NCBI GenBank assembly: GCA_947630675.1
Contig: CANRIN010000004.1
Location: 2,545-66,544, forward strand
Origin: an uncultured Clostridia bacterium
Lineage (GTDB): Bacteria; Bacillota; Clostridia; Oscillospirales; JAAYOS01
Length of the DNA stretch: 64,000 nt
Direction of reading: 5' to 3'
The stretch's first letter is position 1, and the number at the start of each line of letters is the position of its first letter. The notes under the pieces are model-generated. The model made no database searches, was not told where the DNA came from, and saw only the letters and a program-made list of their open reading frames with translations. A program made the translations under genes and the position numbers. Shown here piece after piece: positions 16,233 to 25,549 of this stretch.

Positions 16233-17624
16233 ATGAGAGTTTATAATACGCTCAGCCGCGATAAGGAGGAGTTCAGGCCGCTTGAAGGGAATACGGTGCG
16301 GATGTATTCCTGCGGCCCGACCGTGTACGGCTACGCGCACATCGGCAACCTGCGCACCTACGTCTTCATGGACGAGCTTCGCCGCGTGCTGAAGTACAAC
16401 GGCTTCGGGCTCCGCCACGCCATGAACATCACCGACGTCGGCCATCTCGTGAGCGACGGGGACGACGGCGAGGACAAGATGGCAAAGACCGCCCGCGAGC
16501 AGAAGAAGACCCCGTGGGAGATAGCGGAGTTCTACACCGCGCAGTTTATGAAGGATATCGACCGGCTGAATATCGGCAGACCGGAGATAATATGCAAGGC
16601 GACCGACCACATCAAAGAGATGATAGACTACGTCGTGGCGCTCGTGGAGCGCGGCTACGCCTACGAGACCTCCGACGGCATCTACTTCGATATAGGAAAG
16701 CTCCCGGACTACGGCAAGCTCTCCCGTGCGAACCTCGAAGAGCAGCAGGCCGGCGCGCGCGTCGAGGTGAACACCGAGAAGCGCCACCCCGCCGACTTCG
16801 CGCTCTGGAAGAAGGCTCCGAAGGAGCACATCATGCAGTGGGAGTCGCCGTGGGGGATGGGGTACCCCGGCTGGCACATAGAGTGCTCGGCGATGGGCCT
16901 CAAATATCTCGGCGAGGAGTTCGACATCCACACCGGCGGTGTGGACGCCATTCCGATACACCACGAGAACGAGATAGCGCAGGCGGAGGGCCTCTTCGGC
17001 CATCCGGCGGCGCGCATCTGGATGCACGGCGAGTTCATGCTCGTCGACGGCGGCAAGATGAGCAAGTCGCTCGGCAACACCTACACGATAGACCAGCTCA
17101 TGGAGCGCGGCTATGAGCCGCTCGACTTCCGCTACTTCTGCCTCGGCGCACACTACCGCAACAAGCTGAACTTCACCTTTGAGGGAATGGACTCCGCAAA
17201 GTCCGGCCTGAAGAACCTCCGCGCCGCAGTACACGCGCACAAGGGTGCGTCCGGAGTGCTGCCGGAGGAGGAGAAAGCCTCCATCGTCGCCGCGTTTGAC
17301 GAGGCAATAAACGACGACCTCAATATCCCGAAGGCGCTCGGCGTCGTCTGGGGAGCTGCCCGCCGCGCGGAGAAGTCGAACGGCATCTACGAGCTGATGA
17401 AGAAGTTTGACGAGGTGCTCGCCATCGACATTACCCGCGAGCCGGAGAAACCGGCGGAGGACGAGTACGTTCCGGACGCAGAGACTCAGGCGCTCATCGA
17501 CGCGCGTACAGCTGCCAAGAAGGCAAAGAACTGGGCCGAGGCCGACCGCATCCGCGACGAGCTCGCGGCAAAGGGCATAAAGCTCATCGACACGCCGCAG
17601 GGCGTGAAGGCCGTAAAAGCGTAA
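16233..17624 (+). CDS. cysS: Cysteine--tRNA ligase
   Basis: Class I motifs HIGN and KMSKS. The CGPTVYGYAHIGN N-terminus is typical of CysRS. Confidence 0.95.
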   Translation: MRVYNTLSRDKEEFRPLEGNTVRMYSCGPTVYGYAHIGNLRTYVFMDELRRVLKYNGFGLRHAMNITDVGHLVSDGDDGEDKMAKTAREQKKTPWEIAEFYTAQFMKDIDRLNIGRPEIICKATDHIKEMIDYVVALVERGYAYETSDGIYFDIGKLPDYGKLSRANLEEQQAGARVEVNTEKRHPADFALWKKAPKEHIMQWESPWGMGYPGWHIECSAMGLKYLGEEFDIHTGGVDAIPIHHENEIAQAEGLFGHPAARIWMHGEFMLVDGGKMSKSLGNTYTIDQLMERGYEPLDFRYFCLGAHYRNKLNFTFEGMDSAKSGLKNLRAAVHAHKGASGVLPEEEKASIVAAFDEAINDDLNIPKALGVVWGAARRAEKSNGIYELMKKFDEVLAIDITREPEKPAEDEYVPDAETQALIDARTAAKKAKNWAEADRIRDELAAKGIKLIDTPQGVKAVKA

Positions 17625-17708
17625 AGCGTTTAACTTTACTGGCTTTACAATGCTGTAAAGTACAATGCATTACAGCATTTATCAAAATCATTCGGAGGGA
17701 AGCGCAAC

Positions 17709-20339
17709 ATGAAGCTCATGCTGCTCGACGGTACTAATCTCGTCCACCGAGCCTACTACGGTATACGCCCGTTCACCACAAAGGACGGACTGCATACAAA
17801 CGCCGTCTACGGCTTTTTCACGACGCTTGTGCGGCTCCTCGAGGAGGAGAAGCCGGACGGGGTGCTCGTCGCGATGGACACACACGCGCCCACCTTCCGA
17901 AGACAGAAATACGAAGCCTACAAAGCTCAGCGTGCCCCGATGGACGCTGAGCTTCTCGAACAGATGCCGCTTGTCGACGAACTGCTCGACGCCATGGGCG
18001 TCCGCCGCTATTCGGCGGACGGATACGAGGCGGACGACATCATCGGAACGCTCAGCCGCCTCAACGCAGAGCGGGGCGGGGAGACGGTCGTCGTCAGCGG
18101 CGACCGCGACATGCTCCAGCTCACTGGCGAAAGAGTTTGCGTCAAATTCGTCTCGACGGCGCAGGGTCAGACGACGACAAAGGTCTATACACCGGAGAGC
18201 TTTTTGGAGGAGTACGGCTTCGAGCCACTGCGCCTCATTGACCTGAAAGCGCTGATGGGCGACTCGTCGGACAACATTCCCGGCGTTCCCGGCATAGGAA
18301 AGAAGGGCGCAAGCGACCTGCTTCACATGTTCGGCACGCTCGACAGAGTGTACGAAAATCTTGACGACGAGCGGATAAAGCCCGCCATGCGCCGCAAGCT
18401 TACCGAAGGAAAGGACAGCGCATACTCGAGCTACGACCTCGCGACGATAGACAGATCCATGCCGCTTGACTTCGGCCCGGATGACATCGGACCGGCGAAC
18501 CCGGACAACTCAAAGCTGTATAGACTCTGCGTGAAGCTGGAGTTCCGCTCCTTCATAGAGAAATTCGGACTCTCGGACGGCGGCGGAGAGTCTGCCCCTG
18601 AGCATACAGCCGAGAAGTTCGAGCGGAGAGAGCTCGACGCGGAGACCGTAGGGGAGCTGCTCTCGCTTGACGGATTCGCTGTCGCGTGGCAGCCGGGTCT
18701 CGGCGCGTTCGCGGCTGCGGCGGACGGAAGGAGCTTTCTTGTCCGTGCCTCCGGCTTTACGCGCGAAGGCTACGATGACCTGCTCAAAAAGGCGTTCGGC
18801 GGCGAAAAGAAGCTTACACTGCACGGCTCGAAGCAGTTCTTCCGTGAGCTCATGGAGTGCGGCGTGGAGCCGTCGCCGGCGGAGTTTGACACCGAGCTTG
18901 CGGCGTACCTCATTGACCCGTCGCTCGGGAAGTACCCGCTTGAGCGGGTGGGGTTTTCTTACCTCGGCCGCGAGCTTCCGCCCTCGTCGGCGTATGCCGG
19001 TGAGGACAGCTTGGGGGTGCTCGGAGACGCGGCCGCCGCCTCGGACGCGCTTTATTCCCATGCCGAAGCGGTGTGGGAGCTTCGGAAGCTGCTCGGGGAG
19101 AGGATAGATTCGTTCGGTATGCGCCCGCTTCTCACCGAGCTTGAGCAGCCGCTTGCGCTGGTGCTCGCAGAGATGGAGCGCGCGGGGATGGCCCTTGACG
19201 GCGCGGCGCTCCGCGCCTTCGGCGATACTCTCGGCTCGCGCATCACAGAGCTTGAGGAGACGATATACTCGCTTGCCGGCAAGCGCTTCAACATCAACTC
19301 AACGAAGCTCCTCGGCGAGCTGCTGTTCGAGACACTGGGTCTTCCGCCGGTGAAAAAGACCAAGACCGGCTACTCGACCGACATCGACGTGCTCGAGAAG
19401 CTCCGCGGCAAGCACCCGATAATCGACTGCATAATAGAGTTCAGACAGCTCACCAAGCTCAAGAGCACCTACTGCGACGGGCTTCTCAAGGTTATAGATG
19501 AGGACGGGCGGGTGAGGACGACCTTCAACATGACCGCCACCGCCACCGGCCGCCTCAGCTCCACCGACCCGAACCTCCAGAACATCCCGGTGCGGCGTGA
19601 GCTCGGAAGCGAGATACGCCGCTGCTTCCGCGCGGAGGAGGGTTGCACCCTCGTCGACGCGGACTATTCGCAGATCGAGCTGCGGCTCCTCGCGCATATA
19701 GCGGATGACGAGGCTATGATAAAGGGCTTTTCCGAGGGGGAGGACATCCACACGATAACCGCGTCGCAGGTGTTCGGCGTACCGCAGAGCGAGGTCACGG
19801 GCGAGCTCCGCCGCCGCGCCAAGGCCGTTAACTTCGGCATCGTGTACGGCATATCCGCATTCTCGCTTGCCGACGACCTGCACGTCTCGAACGCCGAGGC
19901 CAAGACCTGTATCGAAAACTACCTCAGCCACTATCACGGTATCCGCGACTACATGGAGCGCTCGCGCAAGAGCGCGAAGGAGCTCGGATATGTTACGACC
20001 CTGCTCGGGCGGAGACGGTACCTCCCCGAGCTGAAGTCCAAGAATTTCAACCTGCGCTCGTTCGGTGAGCGGGCGGCGATGAACGCCCCGATACAGGGCA
20101 GTGCTGCCGACGTGATAAAGCTCGCTATGCTCCGTGTCCGCGACCGGCTCCGCCGGGACGTGCCGGAGGCAAAGCTCGTCATGCAGATACACGACGAGCT
20201 TATCGTAGAGACGCCGGCGGAGCGCGCGGAGGAGGTAAAGCGCCTGCTCTGCGAGGAGATGGAGGGCGTGATGCAGCTCCGCGTACCGCTCGTGGCGGAC
20301 GCGGCGAGCGGCCGCACCTGGTACGACGCGAAGAACTGA
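17709..20339 (+). CDS. polA: DNA polymerase I
   Basis: 876 aa. 5'-3' exonuclease domain (LLDGTNLVHRAYY, SGDRDMLQL), a central exonuclease-like domain, and family A polymerase motifs (DYSQIELRLLAH, RRRAKAVNFGIVYG, QIHDELIVE). Confidence 0.95.
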   Translation: MKLMLLDGTNLVHRAYYGIRPFTTKDGLHTNAVYGFFTTLVRLLEEEKPDGVLVAMDTHAPTFRRQKYEAYKAQRAPMDAELLEQMPLVDELLDAMGVRRYSADGYEADDIIGTLSRLNAERGGETVVVSGDRDMLQLTGERVCVKFVSTAQGQTTTKVYTPESFLEEYGFEPLRLIDLKALMGDSSDNIPGVPGIGKKGASDLLHMFGTLDRVYENLDDERIKPAMRRKLTEGKDSAYSSYDLATIDRSMPLDFGPDDIGPANPDNSKLYRLCVKLEFRSFIEKFGLSDGGGESAPEHTAEKFERRELDAETVGELLSLDGFAVAWQPGLGAFAAAADGRSFLVRASGFTREGYDDLLKKAFGGEKKLTLHGSKQFFRELMECGVEPSPAEFDTELAAYLIDPSLGKYPLERVGFSYLGRELPPSSAYAGEDSLGVLGDAAAASDALYSHAEAVWELRKLLGERIDSFGMRPLLTELEQPLALVLAEMERAGMALDGAALRAFGDTLGSRITELEETIYSLAGKRFNINSTKLLGELLFETLGLPPVKKTKTGYSTDIDVLEKLRGKHPIIDCIIEFRQLTKLKSTYCDGLLKVIDEDGRVRTTFNMTATATGRLSSTDPNLQNIPVRRELGSEIRRCFRAEEGCTLVDADYSQIELRLLAHIADDEAMIKGFSEGEDIHTITASQVFGVPQSEVTGELRRRAKAVNFGIVYGISAFSLADDLHVSNAEAKTCIENYLSHYHGIRDYMERSRKSAKELGYVTTLLGRRRYLPELKSKNFNLRSFGERAAMNAPIQGSAADVIKLAMLRVRDRLRRDVPEAKLVMQIHDELIVETPAERAEEVKRLLCEEMEGVMQLRVPLVADAASGRTWYDAKN

Positions 20340-20352
20340 GGAGGCGCGTTCT

Positions 20353-20787
20353 TTGGAGATACTTTTCGTATGCACCGGCAACACCTGCCGCAGCCCGATG
20401 GCGGAGGGACTGATGAACCTCGCGGCAACGCGGGATAACCTCCCGATCCACGCCTCGTCCTGCGGACTTTCGGCGATAAGCGTTCCCGCGAGCGAAAACG
20501 CCGTCGCAGCGGCGGCGGAGCTCGGAGCGGATATATCGCGCCACACCGCGCGGCAGGTAACGGAGGAGCTGCTTCGGCGCGCCGACGTCGTCCTCTGTAT
20601 GGGTGCGCGGCACCTCTATGCGTTGAAAAACGCATTCCCGCAGTATTCCGACAAGATATTCACGCTTTCCGGGCGTGATATAGCCGACCCCTACGGCGGC
20701 ACGCTCGACGACTACCGAAAGTGCGCGGGTGAGATACGTGACGCGATAGATTCGATACTGCCCGCGTTGAAGGAGAGACTGAAATGA
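20353..20787 (+). CDS. ywlE: Low-molecular-weight protein arginine/tyrosine phosphatase (YwlE-like)
   Basis: TTG start with a GAGGAGG RBS. P-loop CTGNTCRSPMAE (CX5R with Thr as in YwlE) and DIADPYG. Confidence 0.75.
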   Translation: MEILFVCTGNTCRSPMAEGLMNLAATRDNLPIHASSCGLSAISVPASENAVAAAAELGADISRHTARQVTEELLRRADVVLCMGARHLYALKNAFPQYSDKIFTLSGRDIADPYGGTLDDYRKCAGEIRDAIDSILPALKERLK

Positions 20788-21239
20788 CCTTCGCCATACT
20801 GCCGATGACATTCTCGCACCTTGACGAGATGGCGGCGCTCGAGCAGGTCTGCTTCTCGATGCCGTGGAGCCGCGCGAGCCTTCAGGACGAGCTCTCACAC
20901 GAGTACGCCGTCTACTATGTCGCCGAGGACGGAGACGGGAAGGTCGCGGGCTACGCTGGTATGCACGTCGTCCTCGACGAGGCGTACATAACAAACGTCG
21001 CCGTCCGGCCGGACGCCCGCCGCAACGGCGTGGCGACGGCGCTCATGCGGCGGCTTGAGAACGTCGCTCGGGGGAGCGGTGCCGTGCGGATGCTCCTAGA
21101 GGTCCGCGAGTCGAACTCGGCGGCGCGCGCCGCATACGAAAAGCTGGAGTTCAGGCCGATAGCCGTGCGTCCGAGGTACTACATCCGACCGACTGAGGAC
21201 GCCGTGATATATGAGAAGATATTAAAAGAGGACGAATAA
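20784..21239 (+). CDS. rimI: Ribosomal-protein-alanine N-acetyltransferase
   Basis: GNAT fold (ITNVAVRPDARRNGVATALM). Classic position overlapping and upstream of tsaD. Confidence 0.8.
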   Translation: MTFAILPMTFSHLDEMAALEQVCFSMPWSRASLQDELSHEYAVYYVAEDGDGKVAGYAGMHVVLDEAYITNVAVRPDARRNGVATALMRRLENVARGSGAVRMLLEVRESNSAARAAYEKLEFRPIAVRPRYYIRPTEDAVIYEKILKEDE

Positions 21240-22264
21240 TGCTTATTTTATCTGTTGAAAGCTCCTGCGACGAGACCGCCGTCGCTGTCACACGGGACGG
21301 GCGGGAGATCCTCTCGGACAAGGTCGCAAGTCAGGTCGAGATGCACGCGATATACGGCGGCGTCGTGCCGGAGCTCGCATCCCGCAGTCACGCGGAGGCG
21401 ATATCCGGGCTGTACCGCGAGGCGATACGCGAGGCCGGGATAAGACCGGAGGAGATAGACGCCGTCGCGGCGACCTTCGCGCCGGGGCTTATCGGCGCGC
21501 TGCTCGTGGGGCTGAACTTTGCGAAGGGGCTTGCCTTCGCGCTTGACCGTCCGCTCGTGCCGGTCCACCACCACAGGGGACACGTCGCGGCAAACTATCT
21601 CGCGTACCCCGAGCTCGAGCCGCCGTTCTGCGCGCTCGTCGCGAGCGGGGGACACACGCTCATCCTCGGCGTGGACGGATACACCGACTACCGCGTGCTC
21701 GGCTGCACGCGTGACGACTCGGCGGGCGAGGCATTCGACAAGGTGGCGCGGGTGATGGGGCTCGGATACCCCGGCGGCGTCGCGATAGACAGAGCGGCGG
21801 AGGGTGCGGACGAGCACGCCTACGCGCTACCCAGGTCCCGCGTGGACGGCGCGCCGCACGATATGAGCTTCTCCGGTCTCAAGACCGCCATGATAAACCT
21901 CGTACACAACGCGGAGCAGAAGGGCAAGACGCTACCCGTGGGCGACCTCGCGGCCTCCTTCCGCCTTGCGGTCTGCGAGGAGATAGTCCCGCGCGTCATC
22001 GACTGCGCCGTCTCGGAGGGGTACGGAAAGGTCGTGCTCGCCGGCGGCGTCGCCGCGAACAAGCGCCTGCGCGAGATGATGACGGAGGCGGCGGGGGAGA
22101 AGTCGCTCGAGCTGTTCATTCCGCCGGTGCGCCTCTGCGGAGACGCGGCGGCGATGATAGGCGCGCAGGGCTACTACGAGTTCATGGCGGGTCACGTCTC
22201 GGGAATGGAGCAGAACGCTTACGCCTCGCTTGACGCGGACTATAAGGAGCTGCCAAAAGAATAA
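21239..22264 (+). CDS. tsaD: tRNA N6-adenosine threonylcarbamoyltransferase
   Basis: ILSVESSCDETAVAV, metal site HHRGHV, SGGHT and DDSAGEAFDKVAR are canonical TsaD/Kae1 motifs. Confidence 0.95.
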   Translation: MLILSVESSCDETAVAVTRDGREILSDKVASQVEMHAIYGGVVPELASRSHAEAISGLYREAIREAGIRPEEIDAVAATFAPGLIGALLVGLNFAKGLAFALDRPLVPVHHHRGHVAANYLAYPELEPPFCALVASGGHTLILGVDGYTDYRVLGCTRDDSAGEAFDKVARVMGLGYPGGVAIDRAAEGADEHAYALPRSRVDGAPHDMSFSGLKTAMINLVHNAEQKGKTLPVGDLAASFRLAVCEEIVPRVIDCAVSEGYGKVVLAGGVAANKRLREMMTEAAGEKSLELFIPPVRLCGDAAAMIGAQGYYEFMAGHVSGMEQNAYASLDADYKELPKE

Positions 22265-22278
22265 TTACGGAAAAGACG

Positions 22279-22311
22279 AACGGACGGCGCATCAGCGCCG
22301 TCCGTTTTTTC
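22279..22311 (+). terminator. Rho-independent terminator after tsaD
   Basis: ACGGACGGCGC (22280-22290) pairs with GCGCCGTCCGT (22295-22305), followed by TTTTT. Confidence 0.75.
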
Positions 22312-22432
22312 GTACAAAACTTCGTCAGACTATTATGCAGCCTGTTGCGCGGTCAAATCGGCCTGCCGCGAGCATTTTAATCAAAAGTTCTTCCGCAAGG
22401 CGCGCGGAGCAAGCGCGTTTCGCCGCTAAAGT

Positions 22433-23068
22433 CTATATATGTTCACCTCGTTTGAGCTTTGACATGAGGACGAGCAGCGTCCCGCTCTCCGCTGAAACCT
22501 TGGCCTCCCCGGATGCCCATGTGTTGCTCACGCCGAGAGGGAAACCGTTCGTGAGCTCTGCGCCGCGCACCTCGTATTTTGTCCCGCTTATCGAGACGCA
22601 CTCGCATCTGTCCGAGAGAGCGAATACCGAGAGCGACCACCCGCCGCGGCGCGGAAAGCGCCGCGCGCCGCCGGAGAACGCCTCGGCGGCGGTGTCCTTG
22701 CCGAAGAGGCGCGCCCTCGCACCGCGCTCCGCTATGTACGCCGCCGTCTGGATGTTCGCGAGCGTGTGATCGAGCCGCCCCCCGAAGGCGCAGCAAACTG
22801 CGATGTCGTCATACCCATGCTCGAGCGCGTACTTCGCGGCAAGCATCGTGTCGGTGTCGTCCTTGACGGACGGGAAACGTATCACCGGGATGCCCGGCGC
22901 GTCCGGTGCGTCCGCCGAGTCAAAGTCGCCGATGACGACGTCCGGTGACACCCCGAGCTTCTCCGCGTACTCAAAGCCCCTGTCGCACGCTATGATGAGA
23001 TCGAAGCGCTCGGATACGCCTTCGCGGGAGAAGTCCCCGCCGGATACGATAAGACAGCTTTTTCCCAT
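22433..23068 (-). CDS. thiN: Thiamine diphosphokinase
   Basis: 211 aa. CLIVSGGD...IIACDRG...VVIGDFDS...KDDTD is the TPK catalytic signature, and a C-terminal thiamine-binding domain follows. Confidence 0.85.
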   Translation of the reverse strand: MGKSCLIVSGGDFSREGVSERFDLIIACDRGFEYAEKLGVSPDVVIGDFDSADAPDAPGIPVIRFPSVKDDTDTMLAAKYALEHGYDDIAVCCAFGGRLDHTLANIQTAAYIAERGARARLFGKDTAAEAFSGGARRFPRRGGWSLSVFALSDRCECVSISGTKYEVRGAELTNGFPLGVSNTWASGEAKVSAESGTLLVLMSKLKRGEHI

Positions 23069-23153
23069 ACGACCGTGCCCCCGTGCAGATTTTGATATTC
23101 AGAGTATATCACCCGCCGGCGGCGCGGTCAAGCCGTGGCAGACACGAACGCCT

Positions 23154-23708
23154 TCACCCTTCGTGAAGCGCTTCGTAAAACGAGTAGTCGACAGAGCCGC
23201 TCATCTTGTCCAACGCGCCCGTTTCAAGCTCTTTCACCATCAGGCAGTCGGGATGCGGCAGATGTATATTCGGACCGGCCTCGATCCCAAACCGATAACT
23301 CGGCTGGAAGCCGCGCAATCTGTAGTTCGCGGGGTTCCCCTCGACGAGTACGGCCTTGAACCCCATAGACTTGGCTTTCTCAAATCCGTATTCCAGCAGG
23401 TCTTTCGAGATGTGCTGCCTCTGCAGCTCGGTTTTAACGGCCACGGGCGTCAGCATCAGCAGCTCGTCCTCATACCTGCCCTCGATGTGGAAACGTGAGA
23501 ACATGGCGTATCCCACTACCTCGTCATACTCGGTGACCGTTATAAGCTCCAGCTCCGGGATGTAATATTTCTTTCGGCGGATCTCCTCGGCCAGCCGCCG
23601 GACGGTCTTGCCCTTCTCCGGGCTGTCCCACTCCGCAAAAACATCTTCGACGAGTTCCAGCGACGGAAGCAGGTATTTATCTTCCATCGGCTTTATTATC
23701 CTTTGCAC
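23154..23708 (-). CDS. GNAT family N-acetyltransferase
   Basis: The start is trimmed to GTG 23708, 7 nt downstream of GGAGG (23716-20). Acetyl-CoA binding region LTPVAVKTELQRQHISKDLL. Confidence 0.75.
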   Translation of the reverse strand: MQRIIKPMEDKYLLPSLELVEDVFAEWDSPEKGKTVRRLAEEIRRKKYYIPELELITVTEYDEVVGYAMFSRFHIEGRYEDELLMLTPVAVKTELQRQHISKDLLEYGFEKAKSMGFKAVLVEGNPANYRLRGFQPSYRFGIEAGPNIHLPHPDCLMVKELETGALDKMSGSVDYSFYEALHEG

Positions 23709-23880
23709 CGTGTTTCCTCCTAATATCTTTATTTGCATATATCATACCATCGAGATCCGTAATGCGCAACGCCTGACGCGATATGCGCGCGGAGCGAGTC
23801 GAATGAGGGATGCGCAAAGTTTCGCTCGGTTTCAACCCTGCGGCGGCGCTATAATAGCTTGGTGGACAGGGGGTGCCGAT

Positions 23881-24747
23881 GTGAGGACGGTTTATATAGA
23901 CGAGTTGTTTTTGGTGAATTTAGCGGCGGACTACATCCTGCTTTACGGCACGGCGCAGGCGGCCGCCGCGCCCTACGGGCGTCTGCGGCTGCTCGCTGGC
24001 GCGGTGTTAGGAGGACTGTACGCCGTCGCGGCGTATCTGCTCCCGGCGGCGGGGTGCCTTCCCGCAAAGCTCGTCTCCGCCGCCGCGATGCTTCTCATAG
24101 CGTTCGGATACGTCTCGCGAAGGCTGTTCCTACGCAGGGCGGCAGCGCTCTTTATATTCTCCGCGATAATGGGCGGCGCAGCTTTCGCGCTCTCCCTTGC
24201 CATGGGCGGGGATGCCGGGGGCGGGATGATATACGCGCCATGGACGCTCCGCACTGCCTTACTCGTGAGCGCAGCGGCGGTGGGAGTGATAAGCGCAGCC
24301 TCTCGAGGCGGTGCCGCTCAGCGGGAAGCGGGAAGCGTCCGTATAAAGCTTACGGTAGGAGAGAGAACGGCGGAGTTTTCGGCGCTGCGGGACAGCGGGA
24401 ATACTCTCCGCGACCCGCTCGACGGTTCTCCGGTGCTCGTAGTCGAGGCGGACGCACTCACGCCGCTCTTTTCCGGGGAGACTCTGCGGCTCCTGCGCGA
24501 CCATTTCCCTGCGGACGTGCTCGAAATGCTGCCGCGGGACGTAAAGTGGCGGCTGCTGCCGTTCGTGACCGCGGCAGGCTCGCGCCTCGCACCGGCATTC
24601 CGGCCGGACTCGGCAGAGGCGGACGGCAGACGCATACATATCCTCGCGGCGGTGTGCTGCGAGCCGCTCGGAGCGTTCCCTGCGCTCATAGGAGACATCG
24701 AGGAAGAGAGGAGGGATATAAGTGAGCGTCTTGAAAAGGCTTCTTGA
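23881..24747 (+). CDS. spoIIGA: Sigma-E processing aspartic peptidase SpoIIGA
   Basis: The start is trimmed to GTG 23881, preceded by AGGGGG. Five TM helices. N-terminus [18 protein letters not shown] and catalytic DSGNTLRDP (DxGN) motif. Lies immediately upstream of sigE. Confidence 0.85.
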   Translation: MRTVYIDELFLVNLAADYILLYGTAQAAAAPYGRLRLLAGAVLGGLYAVAAYLLPAAGCLPAKLVSAAAMLLIAFGYVSRRLFLRRAAALFIFSAIMGGAAFALSLAMGGDAGGGMIYAPWTLRTALLVSAAAVGVISAASRGGAAQREAGSVRIKLTVGERTAEFSALRDSGNTLRDPLDGSPVLVVEADALTPLFSGETLRLLRDHFPADVLEMLPRDVKWRLLPFVTAAGSRLAPAFRPDSAEADGRRIHILAAVCCEPLGAFPALIGDIEEERRDISERLEKAS

Positions 24748-25432
24748 ACTCATACGCGGCGCCGTCGCGCATCTTCGCGGAGGGTTCCTGCACTACGTCG
24801 GAGGAAGCGAGCTGCTGCCCGCGCCGCTTCCGCCGGACGAGGAAGCAAAGCAGATCTCACTTCTCGCGGAAGGCTCCGCCGAGGCGCGTAAGACGCTTAT
24901 CGAACACAACCTCCGCCTTGTAGTGTACATAGCGCGCAGATTTGACAACACCGGCGTGGGCCTGGAGGATCTTGTGTCTATAGGTACGATAGGGCTGATA
25001 AAGGCCATAAACACCTACGACCCCGAAAAAAAGATAAAACTCGCTACCTACGCCTCTCGCTGCATAGAAAACGAGATACTGATGCACCTGAGGAAAAACT
25101 CCTCGCGGAGGGGAGAGATATCGATAGACGAGCCTCTCAGCACCGACTGGGACGGCAACGAGCTGCTGCTCGGGGACGTGCTCGGCACCGAGCCGGACGT
25201 CGTACACCGTCCCATAGAGGACGAGGCGGACAGGATGATGCTCCACGCGGCCATAGAGCGGCTGTCCGGCCGCGAGCGGGACATAATCACACGCCGCTTC
25301 GGGCTCGACGGCCGGCCGGAGCAGACGCAGAAGGAGGTGGCGGACGCGATGGGCATATCCCAGAGCTACATATCCCGCCTTGAGAAGAAGATAATAGCAA
25401 GGCTCCGGAGGGAAATAAAGAAAATGATGTGA
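24722..25432 (+). CDS. sigE: RNA polymerase sporulation sigma factor E (pro-sigma-E)
   Basis: GTG start with an AGGAGG RBS. Pro-sequence followed by [12 protein letters not shown], regions 2.x ([50 protein letters not shown]) and region 4 ([21 protein letters not shown]). Confidence 0.9.
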   Translation: MSVLKRLLELIRGAVAHLRGGFLHYVGGSELLPAPLPPDEEAKQISLLAEGSAEARKTLIEHNLRLVVYIARRFDNTGVGLEDLVSIGTIGLIKAINTYDPEKKIKLATYASRCIENEILMHLRKNSSRRGEISIDEPLSTDWDGNELLLGDVLGTEPDVVHRPIEDEADRMMLHAAIERLSGRERDIITRRFGLDGRPEQTQKEVADAMGISQSYISRLEKKIIARLRREIKKMM

Positions 25433-25549
25433 AACGCTTGCGTCGGGACTGTTTTTGTCGTAAAATATTTAAGGCATATGCCGCTATTATTTTCAAATAT
25501 CATGTTTTCCGGCGCGGCGAACGCCGCACCGTGTCTATGAGGTCAAAAA

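Noticed and set aside
17641-17680. Overlapping hairpins between cysS and polA (CTTTACA/TGTAAAG and AATGCTGTAA/TTACAGCATT) as a regulatory switch
   Set aside because: This is most simply a weak cysS terminator. It is AT-rich, short, has no U-tract of note, and nothing ties it to a known riboswitch.
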